Of a stretch of DNA of 54,845 nucleotides, positions 8,887-17,424 are shown piece by piece. The stretch is from a virus (taxonomy: Duplodnaviria > Caudoviricetes): positions 1 through 54,845 of the IMG/VR virus record IMGVR_UViG_3300048848_000077. One strand, given 5' to 3'. A program made the translations under genes and the position numbers. Position 1 is the first letter of the stretch. Every line of letters begins with the position of its first letter. The notes below the pieces were generated by a model. The model did not search any database and was not told where the DNA came from. It was given only the letters and a program-made list of their open reading frames with translations.

Positions 8887-9149
8887 TGCACCAACCTCAG
8901 AACAGGCTGTGCCTCAAGGTGCTGCGCGAAGTTCACAGCCTCTTTCCAGTTGCTGAACGCGCCGCGGAGAATGCCGGTGGCCAGCTCAACGACGCTGTAG
9001 GAGTTGCGTGCTTTGCTCAGTACCTGAAAGCGAACTTTGCTGCCAGGCATGGCCCGGTCGGTCCGCTTGCTGAACTCGCTGCGGGCGGCCCTTGAGCGTT
9101 GGAGCAAAGCCCCCAGCTCGACGATACGATCTTGAAATGCCTGATGCAT
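8883..9149 (-). CDS. Hypothetical phage protein (MHQAFQDRI...)
   Basis: AGAGGA RBS before the ATG at 9149; ATGA-coupled to the next gene. Confidence 0.6.
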   Translation of the reverse strand: MHQAFQDRIVELGALLQRSRAARSEFSKRTDRAMPGSKVRFQVLSKARNSYSVVELATGILRGAFSNWKEAVNFAQHLEAQPVLRLVQ

Positions 9150-9252
9150 GGCGATTCCTCTTGTTGGTCTGCGTGTACTCGTCAGCACTCTGGCCACCTG
9201 ACGAAGGCCGATTGGGCGCAGGGGAGAGTGCTGACGGGTAAACGCTGGGTAT

Positions 9253-9281
9253 AAAAAAGCCCTGTCGACGCAGGGCTTTTC
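9253..9281. terminator. Bidirectional intrinsic terminator
   Basis: AAAAAAGCCCTG-TCGACG-CAGGGCTTTT. Confidence 0.7.
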
Positions 9282-9664
9282 ACATCTCGCTGGTTCACAA
9301 CGCCTCCGTACGTGAACCTTGCTTGCCGGCGCCGCCTGATGCGGTAGGCCGGGGGGATCTGTCGTTTACATGGCTGCAAACCCTCGGTGAATTGATAGGC
9401 ACAATGCAGGTGGGCGGTTATAGGCCGCAGTTTTGTCCGCATCGGAGAGTGATCGAAACATCAGGGCGCAACCCCTGCTTGTTTCCCGCCGCGTTTTTGG
9501 TATTGGCCGTCTTGCTCATACCGGCCCAGGATATTCACGGGGCTTTGCGATCCTAGCGCTGCAGCCCGCTCGGGCACGCTTCGCTCACTCTCCGATGCGC
9601 CCTGGTGCTGGGGAGTACCAGGGCATCGGGCAGTTAACGTCAGGCTGACGCTGGCGCTGGTTGT

Positions 9665-9865
9665 CTATCGATTGGTGCCGTCGATTTCGGCGTGGGCGGC
9701 CTGCACGTCTTCGATCAACCTCAGCCGTTCCTCGCTCCCCAAGTGGCGCACTGCATGCAGCAGGCCCTGGTAGAGCTCACCGTCGAACTCGGCGCCACTG
9801 TCATCGGTGGTGATCGTGTAAGCGATTTGAGCGCGCAGCTGTGTGAACCCTTCAACACCGCTCAC
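9665..9865 (-). CDS. Hypothetical protein
   Basis: 66-aa ORF coupled to the upstream gene. Confidence 0.5.
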   Translation of the reverse strand: MSGVEGFTQLRAQIAYTITTDDSGAEFDGELYQGLLHAVRHLGSEERLRLIEDVQAAHAEIDGTNR

Positions 9866-10059
9866 TTCCAGCCATCACGGTCGAACCACCGCCCTATCGC
9901 CGGTCCGATATTGGCAGCCAAGATGCCAATTGATATGGCCATGAAAGGTACGCAGAACAGTACTAATATGCTGCCAAGGCCCCAGAAGAAAAGGGTTGTA
10001 GAAACTATGAAGACCACGACCGGTAGGACGGTTTTCTTCTGCGTTGCGGTTATTGCCAT
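9862..10059 (-). CDS. Small membrane protein (MAITATQKK...)
   Basis: GGAG RBS; long hydrophobic stretch; first gene after the PL leader. Confidence 0.55.
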   Translation of the reverse strand: MAITATQKKTVLPVVVFIVSTTLFFWGLGSILVLFCVPFMAISIGILAANIGPAIGRWFDRDGWK

Positions 10060-10537
10060 TTGGCTAACTCCGGTTGATTTCCCGTCTGGCCCTGTTGCCA
10101 AGGCCAGCCAGTGAAATCTTGTCGCGCTACACCGCCGATGGCTTCGCGCTGCGGCTTGTTCGGCCTTGAGCTTCCCTGTTCACGTCGCATAGATCGGCTT
10201 CTGCGTCGCGGTCATGGGGTTAGATATTCGCTACACGACAGTCAACTGCAGCTCGGCGGCCCGGTGGGGTGGGCAGTCCGTCGTGGGTTACCGGTCCGTT
10301 TACCGGCTGGTCTTGCTACTTCATTGGCAGGTTCCTCCTATGGTGTTTGTTCCTCGCCACGCGTTTTGCCGGATTCATATCTCTGCCCAAGTCACACATT
10401 TCGTGCACGGTGTTTTTCTTGGGTGGCTGCATGGTGGCGTACTCGCGATATGGCGAGTCCGGCAGCTATCCAGAGGCTGCGTGGACGACGATTTAGCTTG
10501 TTCCGACCCTATGGGTACGTCGTGGTGGTCACGTCTG

Positions 10538-10551
10538 GTTATTAAAGAGCG
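10538..10551 (-). promoter_or_regulatory. boxA antitermination element of the leftward transcript
   Basis: Minus strand CGCTCTTTAATAAC just downstream of OL. Confidence 0.7.
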
Positions 10552-10602
10552 GGTCGATCCGTGAGGCCCTTGATAGGGGCTGATTCGTTTCGATGAGTGA
10601 AC

Positions 10603-10642
10603 ATTAGCACTGCTGATATTGACTGTAAACAGCAGTGCTAAT
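10603..10642. promoter_or_regulatory. OL operators (2)
   Basis: ATTAGCACTGCTGAT (10603-10617) and AACAGCAGTGCTAAT (10628-10642); same quasi-palindrome as OR. Confidence 0.85.
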
Positions 10643-10702
10643 ATATCTTCGCGAACGCGCAAAAAAGCCCGCAGCAAGGCGGGCCGGGGTTAGGGGCTTT
10701 GA

Positions 10703-10954
10703 TCAGTCCTCTTTGGGTACGGTCCAGAACAGCTGGATCAGCCCATCGTCCCGGTGAGCGATCGTTACGTTATCGTTCTCGGCGATCTCATCCAGGATGC
10801 GATCCCAGTCGGCAGGGTCATCGTTTGCGGAAGGCTCAAGCAGCACAGACTTCGCGGTCTGCGCCTTAGGGGTATTAATGGCTCGCTGGACGCGCATGCC
10901 GAGCAGCTCATAAGACGTGGGTTCTTTCGGTGCCTGAGGCTTTTGTTTTGGCAT
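10703..10954 (-). CDS. DUF1654-like Pseudomonas phage protein
   Basis: SYELLGMRVQRAIN...WDRILDEIAEND...QLFW pattern; own terminator at ~10661-10685. Confidence 0.75.
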   Translation of the reverse strand: MPKQKPQAPKEPTSYELLGMRVQRAINTPKAQTAKSVLLEPSANDDPADWDRILDEIAENDNVTIAHRDDGLIQLFWTVPKED

Positions 10955-10972
10955 GAGGGACTCCTTCTATAA

Positions 10973-10988
10973 CTGTATGTCCATACAG
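10973..10988. promoter_or_regulatory. LexA (SOS) box
   Basis: CTGTATGTCCATACAG = CTG-N10-CAG upstream of the DUF1654-like gene. Confidence 0.85.
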
Positions 10989-11053
10989 TATTGGATCCCT
11001 ATTTGAAGGGCAAGCGGGAGGAGTACAAATGTTCTCTTTCGAGTTGTAAGCAC

Positions 11054-11078
11054 AAAAAAGCCCGCCTAGGGCGGGCTT
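11054..11078 (-). terminator. Terminator of the cI-NTase-partner transcript
   Basis: Minus strand AAGCCCGCCCTAGGCGGGCTTTTTT. Confidence 0.8.
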
Positions 11079-11098
11079 AATGGATGGATTTACTTAGT

Positions 11099-12001
11099 TC
11101 AGGTCCACGGGAGCGTCTTTAGCCTGTAACGAGGATTGCTCGAACCTATTCGCCTAGCCGTGACCACGATCTTGACCTGAGTGGAGAGATTCCGATTGAT
11201 CTCGTTTGGTGACGAGATGTCAGTGGGAATGCGACCATAGATGACCTCACCACCGACTGTTCTGAACTCAAACAGTCGTTTGTCGGGCAACACTCCAAGG
11301 AAGGATCCAACAAGCACTTCGTCCTCCTCTTTTATGTTATCCCGGCTAAGCCTAGCTTTGCTCCGCTTGACCTGCTCAACGTCTGAAAACCTAAAGCTGC
11401 GGGTTTCCGTTGACAGAGCGCATGAAGCATCATTGTCGGCTAGCTCAGATAAAAAGTCGGTTACTGCGAGGATAGCTCGGTCTGCAAGACGAGAAAGCGG
11501 CTCGGAAAGCTCTTCATCGCTTTTGGTTGTCCCTTCCAAGAGATCAGTAAGGATTTCAATCGCTTGGGCTACAGGAGTGGTACCTTCAATATCAAGCTGT
11601 CGCTCAGCGGAAATCTCTTCAAGCTCAAAACCAAAAGAGCCACGGGCCGGACCAGTAATGAGCAACTGATTAGCCAATCTATTAGGGATTGGACCTTTGT
11701 CTGCGAGGGCGCCCGACACGGATGCCGCGATCGCAGTGATGGCTACGCTGAATGCCTTCGTTGCGGCAGCACCGAATTCGGCCAGTACACCGTGGGTACC
11801 GATCACCGGAAGGCCGCGATATGTCAGCCTCACCCTGGCAGGTCGATAAGCGTGGCCGCTATTCTCACTTAAAAACTGGCGCGCCTGATCAATCCTGGAC
11901 TGAATTGACATCAACGTGAGGCGGCTTATACCTGGCGACGCCGCCTGCTTTTCTAGGAAGCCAAGCTCAGCGGACTTGCTGACGTATTCAGATCTGTTCA
12001 T
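11099..12001 (-). CDS. Unknown 300-aa protein (ARGSFGFEL motif, probable C-terminal OB-like beta domain)
   Basis: ATG at 12001 with AAGGAG RBS inside the NTase 3' end; 14-nt overlap. Confidence 0.8.
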   Translation of the reverse strand: MNRSEYVSKSAELGFLEKQAASPGISRLTLMSIQSRIDQARQFLSENSGHAYRPARVRLTYRGLPVIGTHGVLAEFGAAATKAFSVAITAIAASVSGALADKGPIPNRLANQLLITGPARGSFGFELEEISAERQLDIEGTTPVAQAIEILTDLLEGTTKSDEELSEPLSRLADRAILAVTDFLSELADNDASCALSTETRSFRFSDVEQVKRSKARLSRDNIKEEDEVLVGSFLGVLPDKRLFEFRTVGGEVIYGRIPTDISSPNEINRNLSTQVKIVVTARRIGSSNPRYRLKTLPWT

Positions 12002-12560
12002 CTGCAAGCTCCTTCTGACGTTCATTAAGCACAGCGATGGCATCAGCGTCTAGGGATGGTGAAAGATCTACCTTAACGAAGCCCTTCCATTGCCCGGTTC
12101 GCCTATGTGACCACATGCTGTACCAGTAGGTAGTCATAGAAACCAGAGTGTCCACGGGGTCGCTTAGTGACTGCACATAGAAATCGACCTTGTAATCGGC
12201 TTTGATCTTCTTCTGATTGCCAAGCAGCTCAATCTGCTCCGCGGTCAGCCCACGCAGAACTGAGTCGTCTGCTGGCGTGAAGGTGACGACATCGATGTCT
12301 CGAGGCGCACGCTGCTCAAGCATTTCGATGTCCTCCGAGAAGCTACCATCAAGCCATTGAAACCCGACGGTAAACCCCATTTTATGGAGCTCAGCACGGT
12401 GCTTGATGTATCCATCTAGAATATCACAGCGCTCTAGACTGGTCGCGAATCGCTCAACCACCTGGCTTAGCGTCACCTCGTATGGTGCTCGATTAAAGCC
12501 TGTTGGATCAGAGTCGTTCATCGGCGGAAGAACGCCTTCGGCATTCCAATTAGGTATCAA
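11988..12560 (-). CDS. Pol-beta superfamily nucleotidyltransferase, DUF6932-like
   Basis: WLDGSF...PRDIDVV (hGS-xn-DhD) plus third acidic residue in KVDFY; GGGAGG RBS + TTG. Confidence 0.8.
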   Translation of the reverse strand: MIPNWNAEGVLPPMNDSDPTGFNRAPYEVTLSQVVERFATSLERCDILDGYIKHRAELHKMGFTVGFQWLDGSFSEDIEMLEQRAPRDIDVVTFTPADDSVLRGLTAEQIELLGNQKKIKADYKVDFYVQSLSDPVDTLVSMTTYWYSMWSHRRTGQWKGFVKVDLSPSLDADAIAVLNERQKELADEQI

Positions 12561-12627
12561 ATTTGCCTCCCTGCAATTGCATACTAGTCAGGATTTTATG
12601 GAGGTCAGCCAGCACCTTGGTGAAGAT

Positions 12628-13440
12628 TTACAAATCTCCGCCGCGCCAGATAACTCGCCCTATGATCCGGTGCTCGTTCACCTCACTGCGCGACAGCAGC
12701 AGATCGGGATACTCATCCGCGTTGTCGCTGCGGATGATCCAACGCCCGAGCGGACCCTGCACCAGACGCTTCACAATTGCTCCCTTGTCTGAGCTGGTCA
12801 GTACGAAGACCTGGCCATCAGTAGGCTCAACGCGGGACTTGTCGACGAGCAACACGTCATGATCATCAATGGTCGGCGACATGCTGTCGCCTTCTGCATA
12901 AATGACCAACAGGTTATCGGCCTTCACCCCCTTCGACTTAAGCCAATCCCTCTTAAATGCCAGCGTAGTGTTGGATTCAACGTGAGGGTTCTCTGCGCCC
13001 AGGCCTGCCGCCGCCCGGGCTGTCAGCTGAGGGATGTGCGCGTACTTATCGTCCGCCGCCTCAGCATCCCAGCCGGCAGGGAATGGTGTGCTCGATTCCG
13101 ATCCCTCTGCCGAAACCTTAATCACAGACTGGGCCATAGCCTCACTTGCGCGAGTTATGCCCCCGGCAAGTGTTGGGCTCACCTCGGCCGGTTCAAAGTC
13201 CAGCGCGTTCGCCAGCTTTACAAGTGCTTCCAAATTTAGAGCGACATGGCCGTTCATATATTGGCTGACCATGCTCTGAGGCGACTTCCACTCACAGCGT
13301 TCGCCCACTTCCGCCTGGTTGAGCGTCGGCTTATCACCGCGCTCCTTAGATTCTTTGACGCGAAGTTGGTACACGGCACGCAGGCGTGCAGCGTCTTCCA
13401 GCTGAGTTTCCGTAAGCGGGGTGCGTGTCGGTTTTTTCAT
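12628..13440 (-). CDS. cI: CI-like repressor (HTH + S24 autoprotease)
   Basis: HTH LNQAEVG...QSMVSQY; AAAGLG cleavage site; EGDSMSP Ser and IVKRL Lys; start moved to the ATG at 13440. Confidence 0.95.
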   Translation of the reverse strand: MKKPTRTPLTETQLEDAARLRAVYQLRVKESKERGDKPTLNQAEVGERCEWKSPQSMVSQYMNGHVALNLEALVKLANALDFEPAEVSPTLAGGITRASEAMAQSVIKVSAEGSESSTPFPAGWDAEAADDKYAHIPQLTARAAAGLGAENPHVESNTTLAFKRDWLKSKGVKADNLLVIYAEGDSMSPTIDDHDVLLVDKSRVEPTDGQVFVLTSSDKGAIVKRLVQGPLGRWIIRSDNADEYPDLLLSRSEVNEHRIIGRVIWRGGDL

Positions 13441-13451
13441 AGGCGCGATTA

Positions 13452-13525
13452 AGTAGCAGCGCTGATGTTTCTGCAAACAGCACTGCTAATCCATTCCTTG
13501 TTTTATGTAAAACAGCAGTGCTAAT
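13452..13525. promoter_or_regulatory. OR operators (3)
   Basis: AGTAGCAGCGCTGAT 13452-13466, AACAGCACTGCTAAT 13476-13490, AACAGCAGTGCTAAT 13511-13525, between divergent cI and cro. Confidence 0.88.
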
Positions 13526-13555
13526 ATCTCTCCAAATTAACCGGAGACCCAGAAG

Positions 13556-13753
13556 ATGAAGACCGTATCCCTTGGGGAGTACCTGTCATCGCATGGCACC
13601 CAGAGCGATCTCGCCAAGGCTCTGGGTATCCAGCAAAGCGCCGTATCCCAAATGCACCGCTCGAACCGCTCCATCTCCATCACCTTGATGGACGACGGCT
13701 CGATTCAAGCTAACGAAATTCGCCCTATCCCAGCGCGCAAGACCGCTGCCTAG
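13556..13753 (+). CDS. cro: Cro-like repressor
   Basis: TQSDLAKALGIQQSAVSQM HTH; divergent from cI. Confidence 0.9.
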   Translation: MKTVSLGEYLSSHGTQSDLAKALGIQQSAVSQMHRSNRSISITLMDDGSIQANEIRPIPARKTAA

Positions 13754-13821
13754 GTCGGATAAGAAACATTTTGATACGCATGATGGCACGCAGCCACTGA
13801 AACAAATTTGAGGGTTTACGA

Positions 13822-14244
13822 ATGGAAGATTTCTTGCGGGCTTGCCACACGACAGTCAAGGAGAGCGGCGCCGAGGAGCTGGCCGGGAAGATGTGTCTCG
13901 CCCATGTGAGCCTGCTGCAGCGATCCAACCCGGACAACGCAGCTCACCACCTGACCATCGAGCACCTGTTCGGGATTCTGTTGCACACCCAAGACATGCG
14001 CCCTCTGCTGGCCCTGGCTGACTCCTTCGGCTTTGAACTTGTTGCGAAGACGGCGCCCAACCCGCAAGCACTGACAACTTCGATGATCAGCGTGGGTAAA
14101 GAAGTGGCTGATCTGACGATCGCCGTGCACCAAGCGCTCGATGACAACCACGTCAGTCAGTTCGAGAAGTCGCAAATCAAGGTCGAGATCAATCATCTCC
14201 GGCAGAGCCTGGATGTGATGGAAGCCTCAGTGAAGGCGGCCTGA
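13822..14244 (+). CDS. Phage regulatory CII-family (YmfL/186-CII-like) protein
   Basis: Position after cro; LLQRSNPDNAAHHLT motif. Confidence 0.8.
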   Translation: MEDFLRACHTTVKESGAEELAGKMCLAHVSLLQRSNPDNAAHHLTIEHLFGILLHTQDMRPLLALADSFGFELVAKTAPNPQALTTSMISVGKEVADLTIAVHQALDDNHVSQFEKSQIKVEINHLRQSLDVMEASVKAA

Positions 14245-14245
14245 G

Positions 14246-14497
14246 ATGACGGACATCACTCAGATCTTTTTTCTGTCGGCCATCTTTATTGGTGCGCTCC
14301 ATCTCGGCTACTACTTCGGGCGGCAGGACCCTAAGAAAACAGCGCCACACAACCTGATCGAGGTCAGTCCACTGCCTTATGTGGCGTTCCAGCCTGGTAG
14401 CAGGGTGGCCGACCGCATTGCTTTTCTCGAGGGAATTTTGAAAGCCCTCAAGAGCAAGGAATCAGCTGAAGTTACACGCCTTGAGAATGAGGCCTGA
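14246..14497 (+). CDS. Single-TM hypothetical protein
   Basis: N-terminal hydrophobic helix; adjacent to the cII-like gene. Confidence 0.5.
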   Translation: MTDITQIFFLSAIFIGALHLGYYFGRQDPKKTAPHNLIEVSPLPYVAFQPGSRVADRIAFLEGILKALKSKESAEVTRLENEA

Positions 14498-14580
14498 TAT
14501 GAGCCCTAAACCTAGTTCGGTCGGACGAGCCCTGCTCAAGAACGACGAGCAGAGCCGCGCAGCCTATTACGACCAGATCC

Positions 14581-14841
14581 TCAAGACAGGTTGGGTTCAT
14601 TCCGAATCGCGTTCCACATCTTCACGTAATTCTCGAGGCCCGCAATGACTTCGTCAGGGACTGGAGAGTTGTTTACGTGCGATCTAGCGAACTCGATTTC
14701 CGTATCGAATTCTTCCAGCAGCCTCGCCAAGTGCTCTTGCGGTAGAGACCGAGCCATTGCAACCAGCATTGCGCTGATGCCTATCAGTTCGCCCTTTTGC
14801 TCATTCATCTTCGCGATGATTTTGTCGGTTAAGTCAGTCAT
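14581..14841 (-). CDS. Antisense helical protein (86 aa, MTDLTDKII...)
   Basis: GGAGG RBS; opposite to the early-right operon. Confidence 0.6.
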   Translation of the reverse strand: MTDLTDKIIAKMNEQKGELIGISAMLVAMARSLPQEHLARLLEEFDTEIEFARSHVNNSPVPDEVIAGLENYVKMWNAIRNEPNLS

Positions 14842-14978
14842 GTCCGGCCTCCGAGGCCTTTTCGTGTGGAAACAAAAAGCTACCACGGAAGAGCTGGGCA
14901 CCTACAGCGCCTGAATTTCAGGCACAAAAAAGCCGACGGTCTAGGTCGGCTCTTTCTACAGCGTTAGCGAGGTCGATT

Positions 14979-15719
14979 ATGCACACCACGAACCATCAGA
15001 GCAATACCCCGCCTGATTCGTCAGTTCTACATGCATCGCAAGTAATGACGCGTCAGTTCATGTCGTCGCGTGAGATCGCACGCCTGACTGAGAAGCAGCA
15101 TTTTCACGTGAAGCGCGACATCGAGAAGATGCTTGCGGACCTCAAAGAAGATGCATCCAAATTTGGATGTACCTACTTGGACGGCCAGAACCGCAACCAG
15201 ACCGAGTATCTGCTCGACCGCGAGCACACCGATTGCCTACTGACCGGATACAGCGCGCCGCTGCGCATGGCGGTCGTTCGTCGCTGGCGTGAGCTGGAAG
15301 AACAGAGCGTGCCTCGCATCCCGGCTACATACGCCGAGGCGCTGCAGGTCGCGGCGGATCAGGCGAAGGAAAGCCAGCGGCTGCTTGGGGTGATTGAACT
15401 TCAAGCACCAAAGGTCGCAGCCATCCAGCGTCTTGCTGCTGCCGAAGGTGCGATCTGCATCACTGACGCCGCAAAGCAACTCGGTATTGCCCCTTCGAAG
15501 CTGTTTGACTGGCTCCAGGCGAACCGCTGGATCTACCGCCGTGGTGGGTCGACTCGCTGGATCGCAATGCAGCCTCGCATCCAGGCCGGTTACCTGAAGC
15601 ACAAGGTCACCGCACTCAAGGCAGATTCCGAAACCGGTATCGAGCGCGCGGCGTTCCAGCCCCTCGTCACCCCCAAGGGCCTCACCCGTTTGGCCCAAGC
15701 CCTACAGGAGGCCGTGTGA
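14979..15719 (+). CDS. Antirepressor (Rha N-terminal + KilAC/ANT C-terminal)
   Basis: MSSREIARLTEKQHFHVKRDI (Rha); ITDAAKQL...VTPKGL (KilAC). Confidence 0.9.
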   Translation: MHTTNHQSNTPPDSSVLHASQVMTRQFMSSREIARLTEKQHFHVKRDIEKMLADLKEDASKFGCTYLDGQNRNQTEYLLDREHTDCLLTGYSAPLRMAVVRRWRELEEQSVPRIPATYAEALQVAADQAKESQRLLGVIELQAPKVAAIQRLAAAEGAICITDAAKQLGIAPSKLFDWLQANRWIYRRGGSTRWIAMQPRIQAGYLKHKVTALKADSETGIERAAFQPLVTPKGLTRLAQALQEAV

Positions 15720-16444
15720 TGGCTGGCGATTGGATTAAATTCGAACTGACAACCCTGGACAAGCCCGAGGTGTGCCAAATCGCTGACCTGGCAAACATCG
15801 ATCCTGATGCAGCCGTCGGCAAGCTGATGCGCGTATGGGGATGGTTCGACCAGCAAACCGAGAACGGTAACGCTCCGAGCGTTAGTAAAAAGTTACTCGA
15901 CCGCATGGTGGGCGTTACCGGGTTCTGCGAACACATGAAGTCGGTGGGCTGGATGGCAGAGGCAGACGGTGTGATCAGCCTTCCGCATTTTGACCGCCAC
16001 AACGGCAAGACCGCTAAAAACAGGCTTCTTACTGCCAAACGTGTGGCAAATCACAAATCTGCTAACGCCAAAGGTAACGCTCCAATCGTTAGCGATGCGT
16101 TACCTAAAGAAGATGTAGAGAAGAAAGATTCTACTCATACACCGGGCGGGCCATTCGCGATGTTTTTGGACTGGGCGCCAGATCAAAAGATCCTCAAGGC
16201 CTACTCGTTCCGCTCCGGTCTTGCCATGAGTGTGTTCACACCGGAAGCCATCGCCGGGTTCGTCCTACACCACGACGCCAAGGGCGAATGCCAGACCGAG
16301 AAACAGTGGGTAGCCGCTCTGGTTGGCTGGGTTTCGCGGGACAGGGCCCGAGGTAGCCGTGTTGTGCCGTTCGCTCCAAGGTCTTCATCTGGCCCCGATC
16401 TCAACGACACAAGCTGGGCTGAAAACCTGGGAGGCCTGTTATGA
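15716..16444 (+). CDS. Replication initiator (O-analogue, DnaT-like C-terminus)
   Basis: MAGDWIKF N-terminus; position before the P-like gene; internal iterons. Confidence 0.8.
   Translation: MMAGDWIKFELTTLDKPEVCQIADLANIDPDAAVGKLMRVWGWFDQQTENGNAPSVSKKLLDRMVGVTGFCEHMKSVGWMAEADGVISLPHFDRHNGKTAKNRLLTAKRVANHKSANAKGNAPIVSDALPKEDVEKKDSTHTPGGPFAMFLDWAPDQKILKAYSFRSGLAMSVFTPEAIAGFVLHHDAKGECQTEKQWVAALVGWVSRDRARGSRVVPFAPRSSSGPDLNDTSWAENLGGLL
15866..16104. repeat. Probable origin iterons within the initiator gene
   Basis: GGTAACGCTCCGAGCGTTAG (15866) vs GGTAACGCTCCAATCGTTAG (16073), plus extra TAACG/CGTTA half-sites. Confidence 0.55.
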
Positions 16445-17097
16445 AGTCTGTCGCGAGCATCATGCAGAACCTGTCAAACGTACCCTCTGCCGAGGTCGCG
16501 CCACTAAAAATTGACGCCGGGGCGGTCCAGGTCATCAACCAGCTGTTTCGCGAGCTGATGGCGATATTCCCTGCATGGAAGCAAGCCTGGCCGGACGACG
16601 AAGCGTTCAAGGCCGCCAAGGCCACTTGGACCAAGGCGTTCATGGCCGAGAAGATTACGCGCATCGAGCAGATCCGCTTTGGTATCGAGCAGTGTCGCAA
16701 GTTGGGTTCGGACTTCGCGCCGAGCGTGGGCAAGTTCATCAAGCTGTGCCAGCCCACGCCGGAAATGCTCGGTATCCCACGGCTAGAGAAGGCTTTCCGC
16801 GAGGCCTGCCGCAATGCTCACCCATCCATGGCCGGCCAGGCGAAGTGGTCGCACCAAGCGGTCTGGCACACAGCCAAAGAGTGCGGGTTTGAACCGCTCA
16901 ACCGCCTCGAAACATCGCTGGCCATGAAGCTGTTCGAGCGCAACTACGTCATCACCTGCCGCCGAATGATCGAGGGTCTGCCATTGCAGAAGATGCCCTT
17001 AGCGCTGCCGGCCCGCGCCGAAGCCCGGCGCACTCCCGATATCGGAAACAAGGCCTTGGCCGAACTGCGCGCACGCCGCGCCGGAGCATCAGCATGA
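16441..17097 (+). CDS. Replication protein P-like helicase loader
   Basis: LFRELMAIFPAW...PSVGKFI lambda-P family pattern. Confidence 0.85.
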   Translation: MKSVASIMQNLSNVPSAEVAPLKIDAGAVQVINQLFRELMAIFPAWKQAWPDDEAFKAAKATWTKAFMAEKITRIEQIRFGIEQCRKLGSDFAPSVGKFIKLCQPTPEMLGIPRLEKAFREACRNAHPSMAGQAKWSHQAVWHTAKECGFEPLNRLETSLAMKLFERNYVITCRRMIEGLPLQKMPLALPARAEARRTPDIGNKALAELRARRAGASA

Positions 17098-17318
17098 GCG
17101 CACTCAACACCCAAGTGTCTGGCGACCACTACAAGTCGCTGAAGATTCAGCCCATCGAGTTCATCCATGCCAATGGCATTCCGTTTGCCGAGGGCAGCGT
17201 GATCAAGTACGTGACCCGGTGGCGCGACAAAGGCGGCCTTGCCGATCTGGAGAAGGCCAAGCACTTCCTTGAGTTGTTGATCGAGCTGGAAACGAAAGCG
17301 CGGGGGCTGACGGAATGA
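17094..17318 (+). CDS. DUF3310 (SaV / T7 gp1.7-like) protein
   Basis: QVSGDHY...QPIEFI...VIKYVTRW..K.G..DLEKA. Confidence 0.85.
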   Translation: MSALNTQVSGDHYKSLKIQPIEFIHANGIPFAEGSVIKYVTRWRDKGGLADLEKAKHFLELLIELETKARGLTE

Positions 17319-17424
17319 AGATCGTCCATGCGCTGCGCTGCATGTTCGCCTGTGCCGTCTCGCTGATCGAGCACGGCTATCCGCACCAGGTGAGCCCGGT
17401 CGAGTTCCAGTTCGGAGGTGTCCT

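Noticed and set aside
10036-10215. 16/18-nt duplication CTTCTGCGT(C/T)GCGGT(C/T)AT at 10036 and 10198
   Set aside because: Single short imperfect pair; could be chance or an old duplication, with no supportable function
10110-10540. RsmY/RsmZ-like sponge RNA in the PL leader
   Set aside because: Only about three ANGGA motifs on the transcribed strand, not clearly in hairpin loops
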